This document shows positions 37,632 through 46,964 of a stretch of 55,721 nt of DNA, piece by piece; the stretch's first letter is position 1; each line of letters starts with the position of its first letter. The position numbers and the translations under genes were made by a program. The stretch comes from an uncultured Candidatus Saccharibacteria bacterium (lineage in GTDB: Bacteria > Patescibacteriota > Minisyncoccia > Phycocordibacterales > WO2-35-19): NCBI GenBank assembly GCA_964589445.1, contig CAZPQX010000005.1:1-55721 (forward strand). Direction: 5' to 3'. The notes under the pieces were generated by a model. It was not told where the DNA came from, did no database searches, and saw only the letters and a list, made by a program, of their open reading frames with translations.

Positions 37632-38480
37632 TTATCTTTGTTTTCCTACCTTTCTTCTACTTACTATATACTTATTAGAATATTTCTTAGACCTTCTAGA
37701 CTTCTGACCCTTACCTGTTGGTTTACCCCATAGAGAAATAGCTCTTCTCCTTCCTCTACCTTGTCTTCCTTCACCTCCACCGTGTGGGTGATCTACTGGG
37801 TTCATGGCTGTACCTCTCACTGTAGGTCTTATACCCTTCCATCTTGATCTACCGGCCTTTCCAAAGTTTTCAAGTCTCTTTTCTTCGTTTGAAACCTCTC
37901 CTATGCTTGCAAAACAAGTCTCTTTTACTTTTCTAACTTCACTTGAAGGCATCTTCAAATCTACCATGCCTGCGTCCTTAGCTATCACCTGCACGTAGTT
38001 ACCTGCAGACCTAGCTACCTTTGCGCCACCATTAGGTTTGATTTCAACGTTGTAAACAAATGCACCTATTGGAATGTTTTTGAGCTGCATTCTGTTGCCC
38101 TGCTTTACTTCAGCATCTATAGAAGTGACAAGCTCATCACCAACCTTTATATTTTTAGGTATGAGTACATATCTCTTCTCCCCATCTTTATAAACAGCAA
38201 GGCCGATAAATCCTGTCCTGTTTGGATCGTACTCCACAGAAACTATCTTGTAAGGCACTCCTAGTTTTTCGTATTTAAAATCAATATCTCTAAGAAGTCT
38301 CTTGTGTCCACCTCCTTTGTGTCTAACTGTTATCCTTCCTACGTTATTTCTTCCTACAGCTCTCTTTACGCCACGAGTCAGAGCCTTGAAAGGAGTGTTT
38401 GTTGTGATCACACCTTTATATCCGACAACAGTGATGTGTCTTCTTGATTTAGATGTTGGTTTGAAAGTTTTTATAGCCAT
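37632..38480 (-). CDS. rplB: 50S ribosomal protein L2
   Basis: GRNNVGRITVRHKGGGHKR and MNPVDHPHGGGEGR. Confidence 0.97.
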   Translation of the reverse strand: MAIKTFKPTSKSRRHITVVGYKGVITTNTPFKALTRGVKRAVGRNNVGRITVRHKGGGHKRLLRDIDFKYEKLGVPYKIVSVEYDPNRTGFIGLAVYKDGEKRYVLIPKNIKVGDELVTSIDAEVKQGNRMQLKNIPIGAFVYNVEIKPNGGAKVARSAGNYVQVIAKDAGMVDLKMPSSEVRKVKETCFASIGEVSNEEKRLENFGKAGRSRWKGIRPTVRGTAMNPVDHPHGGGEGRQGRGRRRAISLWGKPTGKGQKSRRSKKYSNKYIVSRRKVGKQR

Positions 38481-38485
38481 GGTAA

Positions 38486-38779
38486 TTATTCAATCTTATC
38501 TCCTTCTTTTAGATAAACATAAGCCTTTTTAACTCCACTCTTTACGCCCTTCTTACCTCTAACAAAAACGGCCTTTGAAGGATTCCTAACAATGTTTATT
38601 TTTATAGGAGTAACTTTATAAAAAGCACTCATCGCGCCTGCAACCTGATCTTTAGTAGCAGAAGAAGCGATTTCAAAAGCATGCACATTACTACCGTTTG
38701 CAAGAGTGTTTGCTTTTTCAGTGATCCTGGGCCTCAAGAGGACATTTGCGTATTTTTCTTTTAGGTTTTTTTCTGCCAT
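38486..38779 (-). CDS. rplW: 50S ribosomal protein L23
   Basis: 97 aa, with a typical L23 sequence and position between rplD and rplB. Confidence 0.92.
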   Translation of the reverse strand: MAEKNLKEKYANVLLRPRITEKANTLANGSNVHAFEIASSATKDQVAGAMSAFYKVTPIKINIVRNPSKAVFVRGKKGVKSGVKKAYVYLKEGDKIE

Positions 38780-38788
38780 TTTATTAAA

Positions 38789-39448
38789 TTATTTTTTTCT
38801 TGAAGAAAGCATTTTTATAGAATCCTCTGGGTTTGTCAGTATCAAATACTTATGATTCAAAAGATCTACAACATTCAAATCCTTAAGATCTCCCACCTCA
38901 AGATTACCAAAGTTCCTAAAACTCTTTGATACATTTTCATCCTTGGTAGGCAAAGCGAGGAAAGCAGCGTTCTTTCTCTTGCTTAGTCCAGCAAAATCCT
39001 TCACTTTTGAAAGTGAGCTTATCACGGACTTAGCATCTCTTGTTTTTGGAGAAGCAAAAGAAATATTATCCACCAAGACGAGCTCTCCATCTTTCATCTT
39101 TTTTGAAAGGACACTGAAAAGAGCTCCGACTTTCATCTTTTTGTTTATTTTCTTTGAGTAGTCCCTATCTTTCCTTGGACCATGAGAAACACCTCCACCA
39201 ACCCATATTGGGCTTCTCCTTGAGCCGTGTCTAGCCCTTCCTGTACCCTTCTGCTTCCATGGCTTCTTACCAGTACCCGAAACCTCGCCACGGTTCTTTG
39301 TGTGAGCAATAGGGGTCCTTTCATTGGCTGTCATAGAAACAGCCACTTGATGAACTAAGGTGTCATTCCAAGGAGCACCAAACACCTCTTCCGGTAGTTT
39401 TATCGAAGATACTTCTTTTCCTTGGTTGTTGTAAACTTTTGCTTCCAT
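38789..39448 (-). CDS. rplD: 50S ribosomal protein L4
   Basis: KPWKQKGTGRARHGSRRSPIWVGGGVSHGP. Confidence 0.95.
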   Translation of the reverse strand: MEAKVYNNQGKEVSSIKLPEEVFGAPWNDTLVHQVAVSMTANERTPIAHTKNRGEVSGTGKKPWKQKGTGRARHGSRRSPIWVGGGVSHGPRKDRDYSKKINKKMKVGALFSVLSKKMKDGELVLVDNISFASPKTRDAKSVISSLSKVKDFAGLSKRKNAAFLALPTKDENVSKSFRNFGNLEVGDLKDLNVVDLLNHKYLILTNPEDSIKMLSSRKK

Positions 39449-39458
39449 CTTTTTATAA

Positions 39459-40079
39459 TTAACCCCTTATTTCGAGGACAGTACCTCTTCTTCCTGGGAC
39501 AGCCCCTGAAACAAGTACAGTATTGTTTGCACTATCAATATTTAAAATCCTAAGATTTCTTACAGTGATCCTTTCGCCACCATCTCTACCTGCCATTCTC
39601 TTACCCTTAGCAACCCTTCCTCCGTCTCTTCCTCCACCGCCGATTGATCCTGGCTCTCTCTCAGAGTGCTTCTGACCATGAGACCTTGGACCTCCATGGA
39701 AACCGTGTCTTTTGACTACACCCTGGAAACCCTTTCCTTTTGTAAGTCCTGAGATCGCTATTTTGTCTCCCACTGCAAAAGATTCTATTGTTATAGAGTC
39801 ACCAACATTAAATTTTGAGATTTCTGATTCATCTGCCTTAAATTCTTTGATTACGCTAGGTCTAGGCAATTCCTTCAAATGTCCCTTTAGAGGCTTAGGA
39901 GTATTCTTTTCAGATCTCTTACCAGATCCAACCTGTAATGCAAAATACCCATCCTTTTCTTTGGTCTTTATCTGAGAAACAAACATAGGAGAGGCTTCCA
40001 AAAGAGTAGCCGGAGAAACAACTCCGTTATCACTGAAAGTCTGGGTCATATTTATTTTTTTTGCGAGTATAAATTTCAT
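39459..40079 (-). CDS. rplC: 50S ribosomal protein L3
   Basis: GKGFQGVVKRHGFHGGPRSHG and VPGRRGTVLEI. Confidence 0.95.
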   Translation of the reverse strand: MKFILAKKINMTQTFSDNGVVSPATLLEASPMFVSQIKTKEKDGYFALQVGSGKRSEKNTPKPLKGHLKELPRPSVIKEFKADESEISKFNVGDSITIESFAVGDKIAISGLTKGKGFQGVVKRHGFHGGPRSHGQKHSEREPGSIGGGGRDGGRVAKGKRMAGRDGGERITVRNLRILNIDSANNTVLVSGAVPGRRGTVLEIRG

Positions 40080-40146
40080 ACAAAAAACGCCATAAGAGGC
40101 ATGAATAAGCTACCAAACATTGAATAAAAATGCAAGTGCTAAAAAC

Positions 40147-40180
40147 AAAATCCGCTACTTTTTAGGTAGCGGATTTTGTT
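40147..40180 (-). terminator. Terminator-like hairpin between rpsJ and rplC
   Basis: ATCCGCTAC...GTAGCGGAT stem followed on the minus strand by TTTTGTTTTT. Sits in an unusual 120-bp gap inside the S10 operon. Confidence 0.5.
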
Positions 40181-40199
40181 TTTAATGTTTTTTTAAAGA

Positions 40200-40565
40200 C
40201 TAGATTATCTTTACTTCTACATTTACTCCAGAAGGCAACGAGAGATTTGTGAGAGCGTCCATTATCTTTGGAGAAGGATTTATTATATCAATAAGCCTTC
40301 TGTGGACCCTCATTTCGAACTGTTCTCTCGCGTTCTTATAAACAAACGGAGCTCTGTTTACAGTGTACTTCTTTATTTCTGTAGGAAGAGGAATAGGACC
40401 CAGTATTTGTGCATCGTGCCTTACAGCAGTATCAAGTATTTGCTTTACAGAAACATCGAGTATCTTATATTCATAAGCCATTACTCTTATCCTGAGCTTT
40501 GATACTGCATCATCCTTTTTCGCAGTCTTCTTTCCTTTTTCTTTTTTTAATGTGCCTTCTGTCAT
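40200..40565 (-). CDS. rpsJ: 30S ribosomal protein S10 (N-terminally extended)
   Basis: LRIRVMAYEYKILD...GPIPLPT...FEMRVHRRLIDI. Confidence 0.95.
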   Translation of the reverse strand: MTEGTLKKEKGKKTAKKDDAVSKLRIRVMAYEYKILDVSVKQILDTAVRHDAQILGPIPLPTEIKKYTVNRAPFVYKNAREQFEMRVHRRLIDIINPSPKIMDALTNLSLPSGVNVEVKII

Positions 40566-40594
40566 TTTTTTAGCTTATTTAGCTTATTTTGCCG

Positions 40595-41797
40595 TTAGGC
40601 GTTTATTTTTGTTACAACTCCCGCACCCACTGTCTTTCCACCCTCTCTAATAGCAAACTTTTGCTTTTCTTCGAGAGCGACAGGAGCAACGAGTTTGACT
40701 TTAAATGTTGCTGTGTCACCTGGCATAACCATTTCCACACCTTCTGCTAGTGTCACCTCTCCTGTAACATCTGTTGTTCTGATATAGAACTGAGGTTTGT
40801 AACCAGTGAAGAATGGAGTGTGTCTACCACCTTCTTCCTTCTTAAGGATGTAAACTTCAGCTTCGAAATCAGTGTGAGGAGTCACTGTGCCTGTCTTTGC
40901 GAGCACCTGTCCTCTGTGTATGTCCTCTTTCTTGAGACCTCTTAGGAGGATACCTGCGTTGTCTCCGGCCTGTCCTTCATTGAGCTGCTTGTTGAACATT
41001 TCAATTCCAGTCACTGTTGTCTTCTGGGCGTCTTTAAGACCGATTATTTCAACTTCTTCACCCACCTTTACAATACCTCTTTCTATCTTACCTGTTACCA
41101 CTGTTCCTCTTCCTTCAATTGAGAAAATGTCTTCAACTGGCATGAGGAATGGCTTATCTAGGTCTCTCACTGGGTCTGGGATGTAAGAGTCAACTGTCTT
41201 GATAAGTTCAAGAACTTTCTGAGCCCATTCATCACTAGCGTCTTTAGCTTCAAGAGCCTTAAGACCAGAACCTCTTATTATTGGAGTATTTGCACCATCG
41301 TAGTGGTTCTTTGTTAGGAGTTCTCTTATTTCCTCTTCAACTAGGTCTATAAGATCAGCATCAGGCACCATGTCGCATTTGTTTAGGAATACAACTATCT
41401 TAGGCACACCAACCTGGTAAGCAAGAAGGATGTGTTCTCTTGTCTGTGGCATCACACCGTCTGTAGCAGCTACCACGAGTATTGCACCGTCCATCTGAGC
41501 GGCACCTGTGATCATGTTCTTAATGTAGTCTGCGTGTCCTGGAGCGTCTATGTGAGCATAGTGTCTCTTTGGAGACCAATATTCGCTGTGGTGGAGGGCA
41601 ATTGTTATTCCTCTTGCCTTTTCCTCTGGCGCATTATCAATATTACCTATTTCCTCAACTCTAGCACCGAAGCCTGCGTCCTTGTTCAAATCAAGTACTC
41701 TCAGGATAGATGCTGTCAAAGTTGTCTTACCGTGGTCAACGTGTCCTATTGTTCCAACGTTTACGTGTGGTTTAGAACGATCAAAAGCTTCTGCCAT
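40595..41797 (-). CDS. tuf: Elongation factor Tu
   Basis: [22 protein letters not shown] and the overall EF-Tu sequence. Confidence 0.98.
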   Translation of the reverse strand: MAEAFDRSKPHVNVGTIGHVDHGKTTLTASILRVLDLNKDAGFGARVEEIGNIDNAPEEKARGITIALHHSEYWSPKRHYAHIDAPGHADYIKNMITGAAQMDGAILVVAATDGVMPQTREHILLAYQVGVPKIVVFLNKCDMVPDADLIDLVEEEIRELLTKNHYDGANTPIIRGSGLKALEAKDASDEWAQKVLELIKTVDSYIPDPVRDLDKPFLMPVEDIFSIEGRGTVVTGKIERGIVKVGEEVEIIGLKDAQKTTVTGIEMFNKQLNEGQAGDNAGILLRGLKKEDIHRGQVLAKTGTVTPHTDFEAEVYILKKEEGGRHTPFFTGYKPQFYIRTTDVTGEVTLAEGVEMVMPGDTATFKVKLVAPVALEEKQKFAIREGGKTVGAGVVTKINA

Positions 41798-41927
41798 ATT
41801 TTTTAATTAAAATAAATTTATAAATAATCGCGCGACACCAAAGCCGCCCTTTTTGTCAATAAAGCAAATAGTAGCAAATAAAAAAAGTGTGTCAATATCT
41901 AAAGCACTATTTTGTGTAGTTATACCT

Positions 41928-42227
41928 TTATGTAAAAATGCCTACTGTAGCCCTTTTTAGTCGGGACATTTCATCTTTTACTATCATATCAAAACCCTGC
42001 ACTTTCCCTTTTAAGAAAGTAATTACTTTTTGATAATCTTCACCAGCGTTTGATATAGTCTCATCAAATTCATTCATAGTACCCTCGTCCATCCCCTCAA
42101 GAGACCTCTCCACCACTGACTCAAACAAAAGATTGCCTATCTTTTCTATCATTCTCTCTTGTTCGTCTGGATCCATAGCCGTAAGGCCGAAATCGGTAGT
42201 TATTTTTTTCTTTAAATCCTGATCCAT
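41928..42227 (-). CDS. Small acidic hypothetical protein
   Basis: 99-aa ORF. No motif recognised. Confidence 0.5.
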   Translation of the reverse strand: MDQDLKKKITTDFGLTAMDPDEQERMIEKIGNLLFESVVERSLEGMDEGTMNEFDETISNAGEDYQKVITFLKGKVQGFDMIVKDEMSRLKRATVGIFT

Positions 42228-42425
42228 CCCGTTAATTCAAAATGGCATTGCTTTTTTGAAAAGCCGCCACTTCATTTATTATATTTGTAATTATCATTAT
42301 TATCGACATTTTGATTTGATTCTATTGAAAAAGCTTTTCTATGCCATTTTGTATTACGGGATCCATTGTTTTAAAATTTTAACTTTTTTATTCCAAACTT
42401 TACAGCCTATTTTTGTTTATAAGCA

Positions 42426-44858
42426 TTAAGCAGCCCTACTCATACCAGAAGTACCATTCGGGATCTCAACTTTTGGATGCTCCATTATAAATTTGCCTAA
42501 ACGCCTTAGGTACTCAACTACACTTTCATTATTATAAGGAGCCACATCAGATCCAACCATACCCACAAAGCCAGCGGCTGCAGACCTGGCCTCACCCCTC
42601 AAAAGATCTACATATTCAACCAGGTTCCTATGTTGCTGAGAAACCGAAAGCTTTTCTATTATCTTTTTAGGCAGGTCTGAATTCTCTGGTTTTGCATAAA
42701 AACCAATAACCTTAGCTGCATTTTGCTCCGAAATTTCTTTCCATTCAGGTGTATTGACCCCGTCGACCTTGCCTATTCCCAAAATCCCCTTCTTTCCATA
42801 TATATTATTGACATCAATTTTCAAATGCTCTTCTATTTTCTCATTTGAGACTATCCCGGCCACAAGTTTCTTAGAGTCGCTTTGCATACTCCTGATTCCT
42901 CCATTTCTATAATCATCAATATTTGCAACTTTTGCCCCCACCGATGCTATACCAGCTTGAGAGGCAACCTCCATTTCATCGGAGACCTCATTTTCTTGGA
43001 AACTGATATTATCTATAATTTTGGATTCACTAGCCACTTTCAAATTGCCATCGTTTAAACCAGTAACTAATTTCTCACTTTTATCTAGAGTATTTGCAAC
43101 ATTTTGCTGTAGGCTATTTAAATTAGGCTCTTCTAATTTGGCCTGCGAGATAGACTCATCCAAACTTTTTGTTTCAATTTGTATTGGTTTTTGAATACTT
43201 TGTGAATCAAAATACGAAACATCTCTTAGTTCAACCTTCTTTTGCAATATCTCTTTTACAACATCTGGAGTTAAAGCCTTCCCTTTATTTACTGGGTCAG
43301 TGAGCCATGCTTCTATTTTTTCATTATTTATCCGAATATTTATTACATTTTCATCAGAAATACCCTCTGCCTTTTCAAAGAGCTTTTCTATTTTTCCATT
43401 ATCCTCAAAAACCTTTGTGAAATCTACTTTATCTCCGACTTTCAAAGGCCCCCCACTTGCCAAATTATTTTCATTTATAAGATTACTGAGTATAAAATCC
43501 TTTTTGGCCTCAACCACTATTTCGGGACCAGTAAGTTTTTCAAAAAGTTTACTTTTTTCTACAGTGTTTCCCAAAAGCTTCCACATCGAGTCACCTGGGG
43601 CGACTTCCTGCTTAAGCACACTCTCATCACTAAAAAGTTCCTGAATATTTAAATTTTTTCCACCTTCAATAGCTGGCTCAACTACTGTGGGTCTTGGAAC
43701 TGATTCTGTTACAGTACCTCTGATACCTGGCGCCACTCCGGTGACATTTGCAGAAGCACTCACTGTAGTGGTGAGACCCTCAGCCAAACCAGTAAGCATG
43801 CCGGCTCCTGCACCCGCCGCTATAGTAGTACCAATTTTTTTGGCAGAAATTATTATTTTTGCTTTTTTGAAATTGGCCTCTATATCTTTTAAACCCTTAG
43901 ACTGTTCTTCTATAGAAAGACCAGAATTTTTCAATTCTTCAATTGACTTATTCTTTTCTTCTTCTAGCTGATCAAGACTCCATTTCTTATTTGCCCATTC
44001 AGAAGCCTTGCTACTCAAGAGACCTGAAACACCAAATCTTGCTGCCCTCCAAGCAAGATAAGTAGCAGCACCTACCATACCAGGAGCCACAGAGGCACCG
44101 AAAGTTAGCCCCGCCATACCACCAACACCAAAACTAAAAGCCCTTCTCTGATTTTTAGAAAGACCCAAATACCATTTTACAGCTTTGGTACCGAGCAAAG
44201 ACTTGGCTGCTTCAATACCTTTATCTAAAATTTCATTTTTATTGTTCAGTCTTTTTAACTCATTAACATATATATCATTTTCACTAGAAACCAAATTTCT
44301 GAAAATAGAATCATTTATTTCTTCCTCCAAATAAGACCTTCTTAGTGGACTCGTATCTGGGGAAAGAGTTGCTTCTTTAGATTTTCTTATTTGCCCAGCC
44401 AAATACTGCTTAAAGCCTTTGTATTCTTCAACTTGCCGTTTTTCTTCTTCAGTTACCTCTTCACCATTCTTTAATTTCAAATCTACATTTACAGAAAGTT
44501 TTCTTAAGGAACTTAGCCTGTCCCAATCCTCTTCTTCATTTGTCCACACAAAACCTTCCCCCTCACTACCCGCACTTTCTTCTTTAGGCAAGACACCTGG
44601 CCCTTGTGCTTCATTTCGTATCACACCAATTTCTGGTTGTACCGCCCCTATTTCAGGTTGGGGCTCAGTATCCTGTGGGGAATCTATTTGCTCAGGTACA
44701 AATCCTTCATCTCTATATTGTTCTGTTTTCCTAGCTAAAAGCTCTGCCTTCAAGTCATGTGGCAAATTAGGCAATCCCCTCTCTAAAAAACTGTTTTCTA
44801 CTCCTTCTACTTCTTTAGTAGCTCTTTGTTCTGGTGTGAGAGAATTTTCTTCATTCAT
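42426..44858 (-). CDS. Large hypothetical protein with central Gly/Ala-rich hydrophobic segments
   Basis: About 810 aa, long uninterrupted ORF, central TM-like segments (GVGGMAGLTFGASVAPGMVGAATYLAW; TIAAGAGAGMLTGLAEGL). Start set at MNEENS. Confidence 0.6.
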   Translation of the reverse strand: MNEENSLTPEQRATKEVEGVENSFLERGLPNLPHDLKAELLARKTEQYRDEGFVPEQIDSPQDTEPQPEIGAVQPEIGVIRNEAQGPGVLPKEESAGSEGEGFVWTNEEEDWDRLSSLRKLSVNVDLKLKNGEEVTEEEKRQVEEYKGFKQYLAGQIRKSKEATLSPDTSPLRRSYLEEEINDSIFRNLVSSENDIYVNELKRLNNKNEILDKGIEAAKSLLGTKAVKWYLGLSKNQRRAFSFGVGGMAGLTFGASVAPGMVGAATYLAWRAARFGVSGLLSSKASEWANKKWSLDQLEEEKNKSIEELKNSGLSIEEQSKGLKDIEANFKKAKIIISAKKIGTTIAAGAGAGMLTGLAEGLTTTVSASANVTGVAPGIRGTVTESVPRPTVVEPAIEGGKNLNIQELFSDESVLKQEVAPGDSMWKLLGNTVEKSKLFEKLTGPEIVVEAKKDFILSNLINENNLASGGPLKVGDKVDFTKVFEDNGKIEKLFEKAEGISDENVINIRINNEKIEAWLTDPVNKGKALTPDVVKEILQKKVELRDVSYFDSQSIQKPIQIETKSLDESISQAKLEEPNLNSLQQNVANTLDKSEKLVTGLNDGNLKVASESKIIDNISFQENEVSDEMEVASQAGIASVGAKVANIDDYRNGGIRSMQSDSKKLVAGIVSNEKIEEHLKIDVNNIYGKKGILGIGKVDGVNTPEWKEISEQNAAKVIGFYAKPENSDLPKKIIEKLSVSQQHRNLVEYVDLLRGEARSAAAGFVGMVGSDVAPYNNESVVEYLRRLGKFIMEHPKVEIPNGTSGMSRAA

Positions 44859-45182
44859 AAACAAAATTATAAAGCAGTACGACACTAAATCAAAGGGAAA
44901 ATTGGCGATTTGACTTATTTGGTGATTTGTGTATATAATATATTCAATACTGAACGAGAGAAATTCCGCCCGAAAGCGGATTTTTTTATTAAAATAAGGA
45001 GCATAGCGACTATATTTTAATAACCCCGCCCTAATTTTGCCGCCAAAACGGCACGAATTACACGGAAAAAATTCAGTAATATTTGAAAATAAAAAATTGT
45101 CATAACAATTTTTTGAAACAAGTTATTAGCAAAATTAGTGTGGGGTGATATTTTTGTCGCTTCGCTTATTAAAAACAATAAA

Positions 45183-46448
45183 ATGTTTGATCTAAAAGTG
45201 ATAAATTCTGTTCTCGACCAACTAAAAGAAGAGAGAGGTATAGCAAAAGAAAAAGTTCTCGAAGCAATCGAGCTTGCTTTGGCGACTGCCTACAGGAAGG
45301 AATATGGCAAGAGAGGCCAAATAATAAAGGCCAAATTTGATATAAAGACAGGCGAAGTAGAGATGAGCCAGGTAAAGATAGTAGTCGATGAATCAAAAGT
45401 ATTCTTAGACAAAGAATCCCTCGAAAAAGCTCTGGAGACAGCTGAGGCAGACAATGACGAGAGAGTCCTTTTCAATCCTGAACATCATATTTTGATAGAA
45501 GATGCCAAGAGGATGAAAAAAGACGCTGAAATAGGTGACGAGATGATTTTCCCTATAGAAACAAAGGGTGATTATGGACGTATCGCTAGCCAGACAGCAA
45601 AACAGGTCATTATGCAGAAGATAAGAGAAGCTGAAAGGGAGTCTGTCATAAAAGAATTCGGAGCAAGAGAAGGAGAAATAATCACAGGTACAGTACAGAG
45701 AATTGAAAGAGGTAATATCTTTATAGATGTGGGCCGTGCTGTGGGCATACTCTCATACGAGGAGCAAATACCCGGAGAGAGATTTAGCCAAGGAGAAAGA
45801 GTGAGGAGCTACCTATACAAAGTGGAAGACGGCCCAAAGGGTGTAGTCCTTCGCCTTTCAAGGTCTCACCCAAAGTTCCTTATCAAGCTTTTTGAAAACG
45901 AAGTTCCTGAGCTTGTAAACAATACAATAGAAATAAAGAGTGTGGCTAGGGAGCCAGGTTCCCGATCAAAAGTGGCTGTGGCATCAAACGATAGTTACAT
46001 AGACCCAGTAGGTTCCCTCGTGGGACAAAGAGGTGTGAGAGTAGCTACTGTCACAAGCGAACTTGGAGGAGAAAAAATAGATGTCATAGAATGGTCAGAA
46101 AACTTACAAGAATTTATCGAAGACGCACTCTCCCCTGCCAAAGTCATTTCTGTCGAAACAAACGAGGACAAACATGAGGCTGCAGTGGTAGTTTCTGAAG
46201 ACCAACAGTCACTTGCAATAGGCAAAGGTGGTCAAAACGTAAGACTCGCAGCCAAACTTACCGGATGGAGGATAGACATCAAGTCAGTCAAGGGTGATGA
46301 GCTTGCAGAAGCAGAAGGTGAGGAAGTTGCTCAGGCGGAAGAAATAAAAGATGAAACAGTAGAAGAAGTGGCGCCAGAAACAGAAAAATCAAACGATGAA
46401 ACAATGGCTGAAAGTGTAGAAGAAACAAAGGAAGAAAAGTCAGAATAA
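45183..46448 (+). CDS. nusA: Transcription termination/antitermination factor NusA (acidic C-terminal tail)
   Basis: The N-terminus MFDLKVINSVLDQLKEERGI...EAIELALATAYRK, S1 domain (GEIITGTVQRIERGNIFIDVG), and KH domains (GSRSKVAV, LAIGKGGQNVRLAAKLTGWRIDI). Confidence 0.93.
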   Translation: MFDLKVINSVLDQLKEERGIAKEKVLEAIELALATAYRKEYGKRGQIIKAKFDIKTGEVEMSQVKIVVDESKVFLDKESLEKALETAEADNDERVLFNPEHHILIEDAKRMKKDAEIGDEMIFPIETKGDYGRIASQTAKQVIMQKIREAERESVIKEFGAREGEIITGTVQRIERGNIFIDVGRAVGILSYEEQIPGERFSQGERVRSYLYKVEDGPKGVVLRLSRSHPKFLIKLFENEVPELVNNTIEIKSVAREPGSRSKVAVASNDSYIDPVGSLVGQRGVRVATVTSELGGEKIDVIEWSENLQEFIEDALSPAKVISVETNEDKHEAAVVVSEDQQSLAIGKGGQNVRLAAKLTGWRIDIKSVKGDELAEAEGEEVAQAEEIKDETVEEVAPETEKSNDETMAESVEETKEEKSE

Positions 46449-46465
46449 AAAATACAGTCAAAAAC

Positions 46466-46507
46466 AAAAACACTGCGAAGCCTTACGGCTTTGCAGTGTT
46501 TTTGTTT
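46466..46507 (+). terminator. Intrinsic terminator after nusA
   Basis: AAACACTGCGAAGCC-TTAC-GGCTTTGCAGTGTTT followed by a T-run. Confidence 0.7.
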
Positions 46508-46551
46508 TACCCAAACCACTTTACCCACTACCCATAAACCACCCCTTTCAC

Positions 46552-46580
46552 TTGCATTTTTTATATAAACATGCTATAAT
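46552..46580 (+). promoter_or_regulatory. Sigma70-like promoter for the Flp-like gene
   Basis: TTGCAT (46552-46557), 17-bp spacer, TGcTATAAT (46572-46580). AGGAG at 46588-46592 lies 7 nt before the ATG. Confidence 0.5.
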
Positions 46581-46599
46581 TATAAACAGGAGTTTGTAC

Positions 46600-46848
46600 A
46601 TGCAAAAAACACTAAAAAAACTCCTGGCCGACACTAGCGGCCAGGATCTGATCGAATACGCCATCATGGCAGGTTTCGTCGCGGTGGTGGCAATCGCCAT
46701 CATGCCGGAAATGGGCGAGAAAGTGAGCATGGTCGCCCTACTCTGGGGAGCCACCCCCCACGCGGGTCTGACCCGCATCGTCTGCGCCGTTCTCGCAGCC
46801 GTCTTCCTCGGAATCATCGTATTCCGACGGAAGAAGGACGCCGAATAA
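46600..46848 (+). CDS. flp: Flp/Fap-family (type IVb, Tad-type) pilin-like protein
   Basis: MQKTLKKLLADTSGQDLIEYAIMAGFVAVVAIA carries the G-x4-EY Flp processing motif plus a hydrophobic helix. A second hydrophobic helix lies near the C-terminus. The gene is very GC-rich (sampled lines 60-73%). Confidence 0.7.
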   Translation: MQKTLKKLLADTSGQDLIEYAIMAGFVAVVAIAIMPEMGEKVSMVALLWGATPHAGLTRIVCAVLAAVFLGIIVFRRKKDAE

Positions 46849-46855
46849 CTTCCTA

Positions 46856-46890
46856 GGTCCCACTGCACCTGCGGTGGGACCTTCTTTTTT
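46856..46890 (+). terminator. Intrinsic terminator after the Flp-like gene
   Basis: GGTCCCAC-TGCACCTGCG-GTGGGACC followed by TTCTTTTTT. Confidence 0.7.
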
Positions 46891-46964
46891 ATATAAATTA
46901 TCTTTGCTTTTTATTACAAAATTTTCTATTATCTAATAACTTATAAGTAATCTAAATTAAATTT

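Noticed and set aside
44886-45182. Possible oriC. Transcription switches from minus to plus strand here, and perfect DnaA-box 9-mers (TTATCCACA) occur at 8230-8238, 50364-50372 and 52234-52242.
   Set aside because: The three perfect boxes are isolated and far apart; one is inside a coding region. None lies in the strand-switch spacer. There is no box cluster with an AT-rich unwinding element and no dnaA/dnaN nearby. A cumulative GC-skew computation on the whole contig would be needed.
46548-46868. Long antisense or alternative-frame ORFs in the track. Examples are 46548..46868, 54224..54532, 54255..54527, 6047..6409, 6018..6386, 7304..7579, 31536..31874, 31594..31866, and many plus-strand ORFs inside minus-strand genes.
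   Set aside because: They lie entirely within better-supported genes that have clear family motifs. They are concentrated in GC-rich or low-complexity stretches where stop codons are rare. They lack RBS context and protein-like composition, so they are shadow ORFs.
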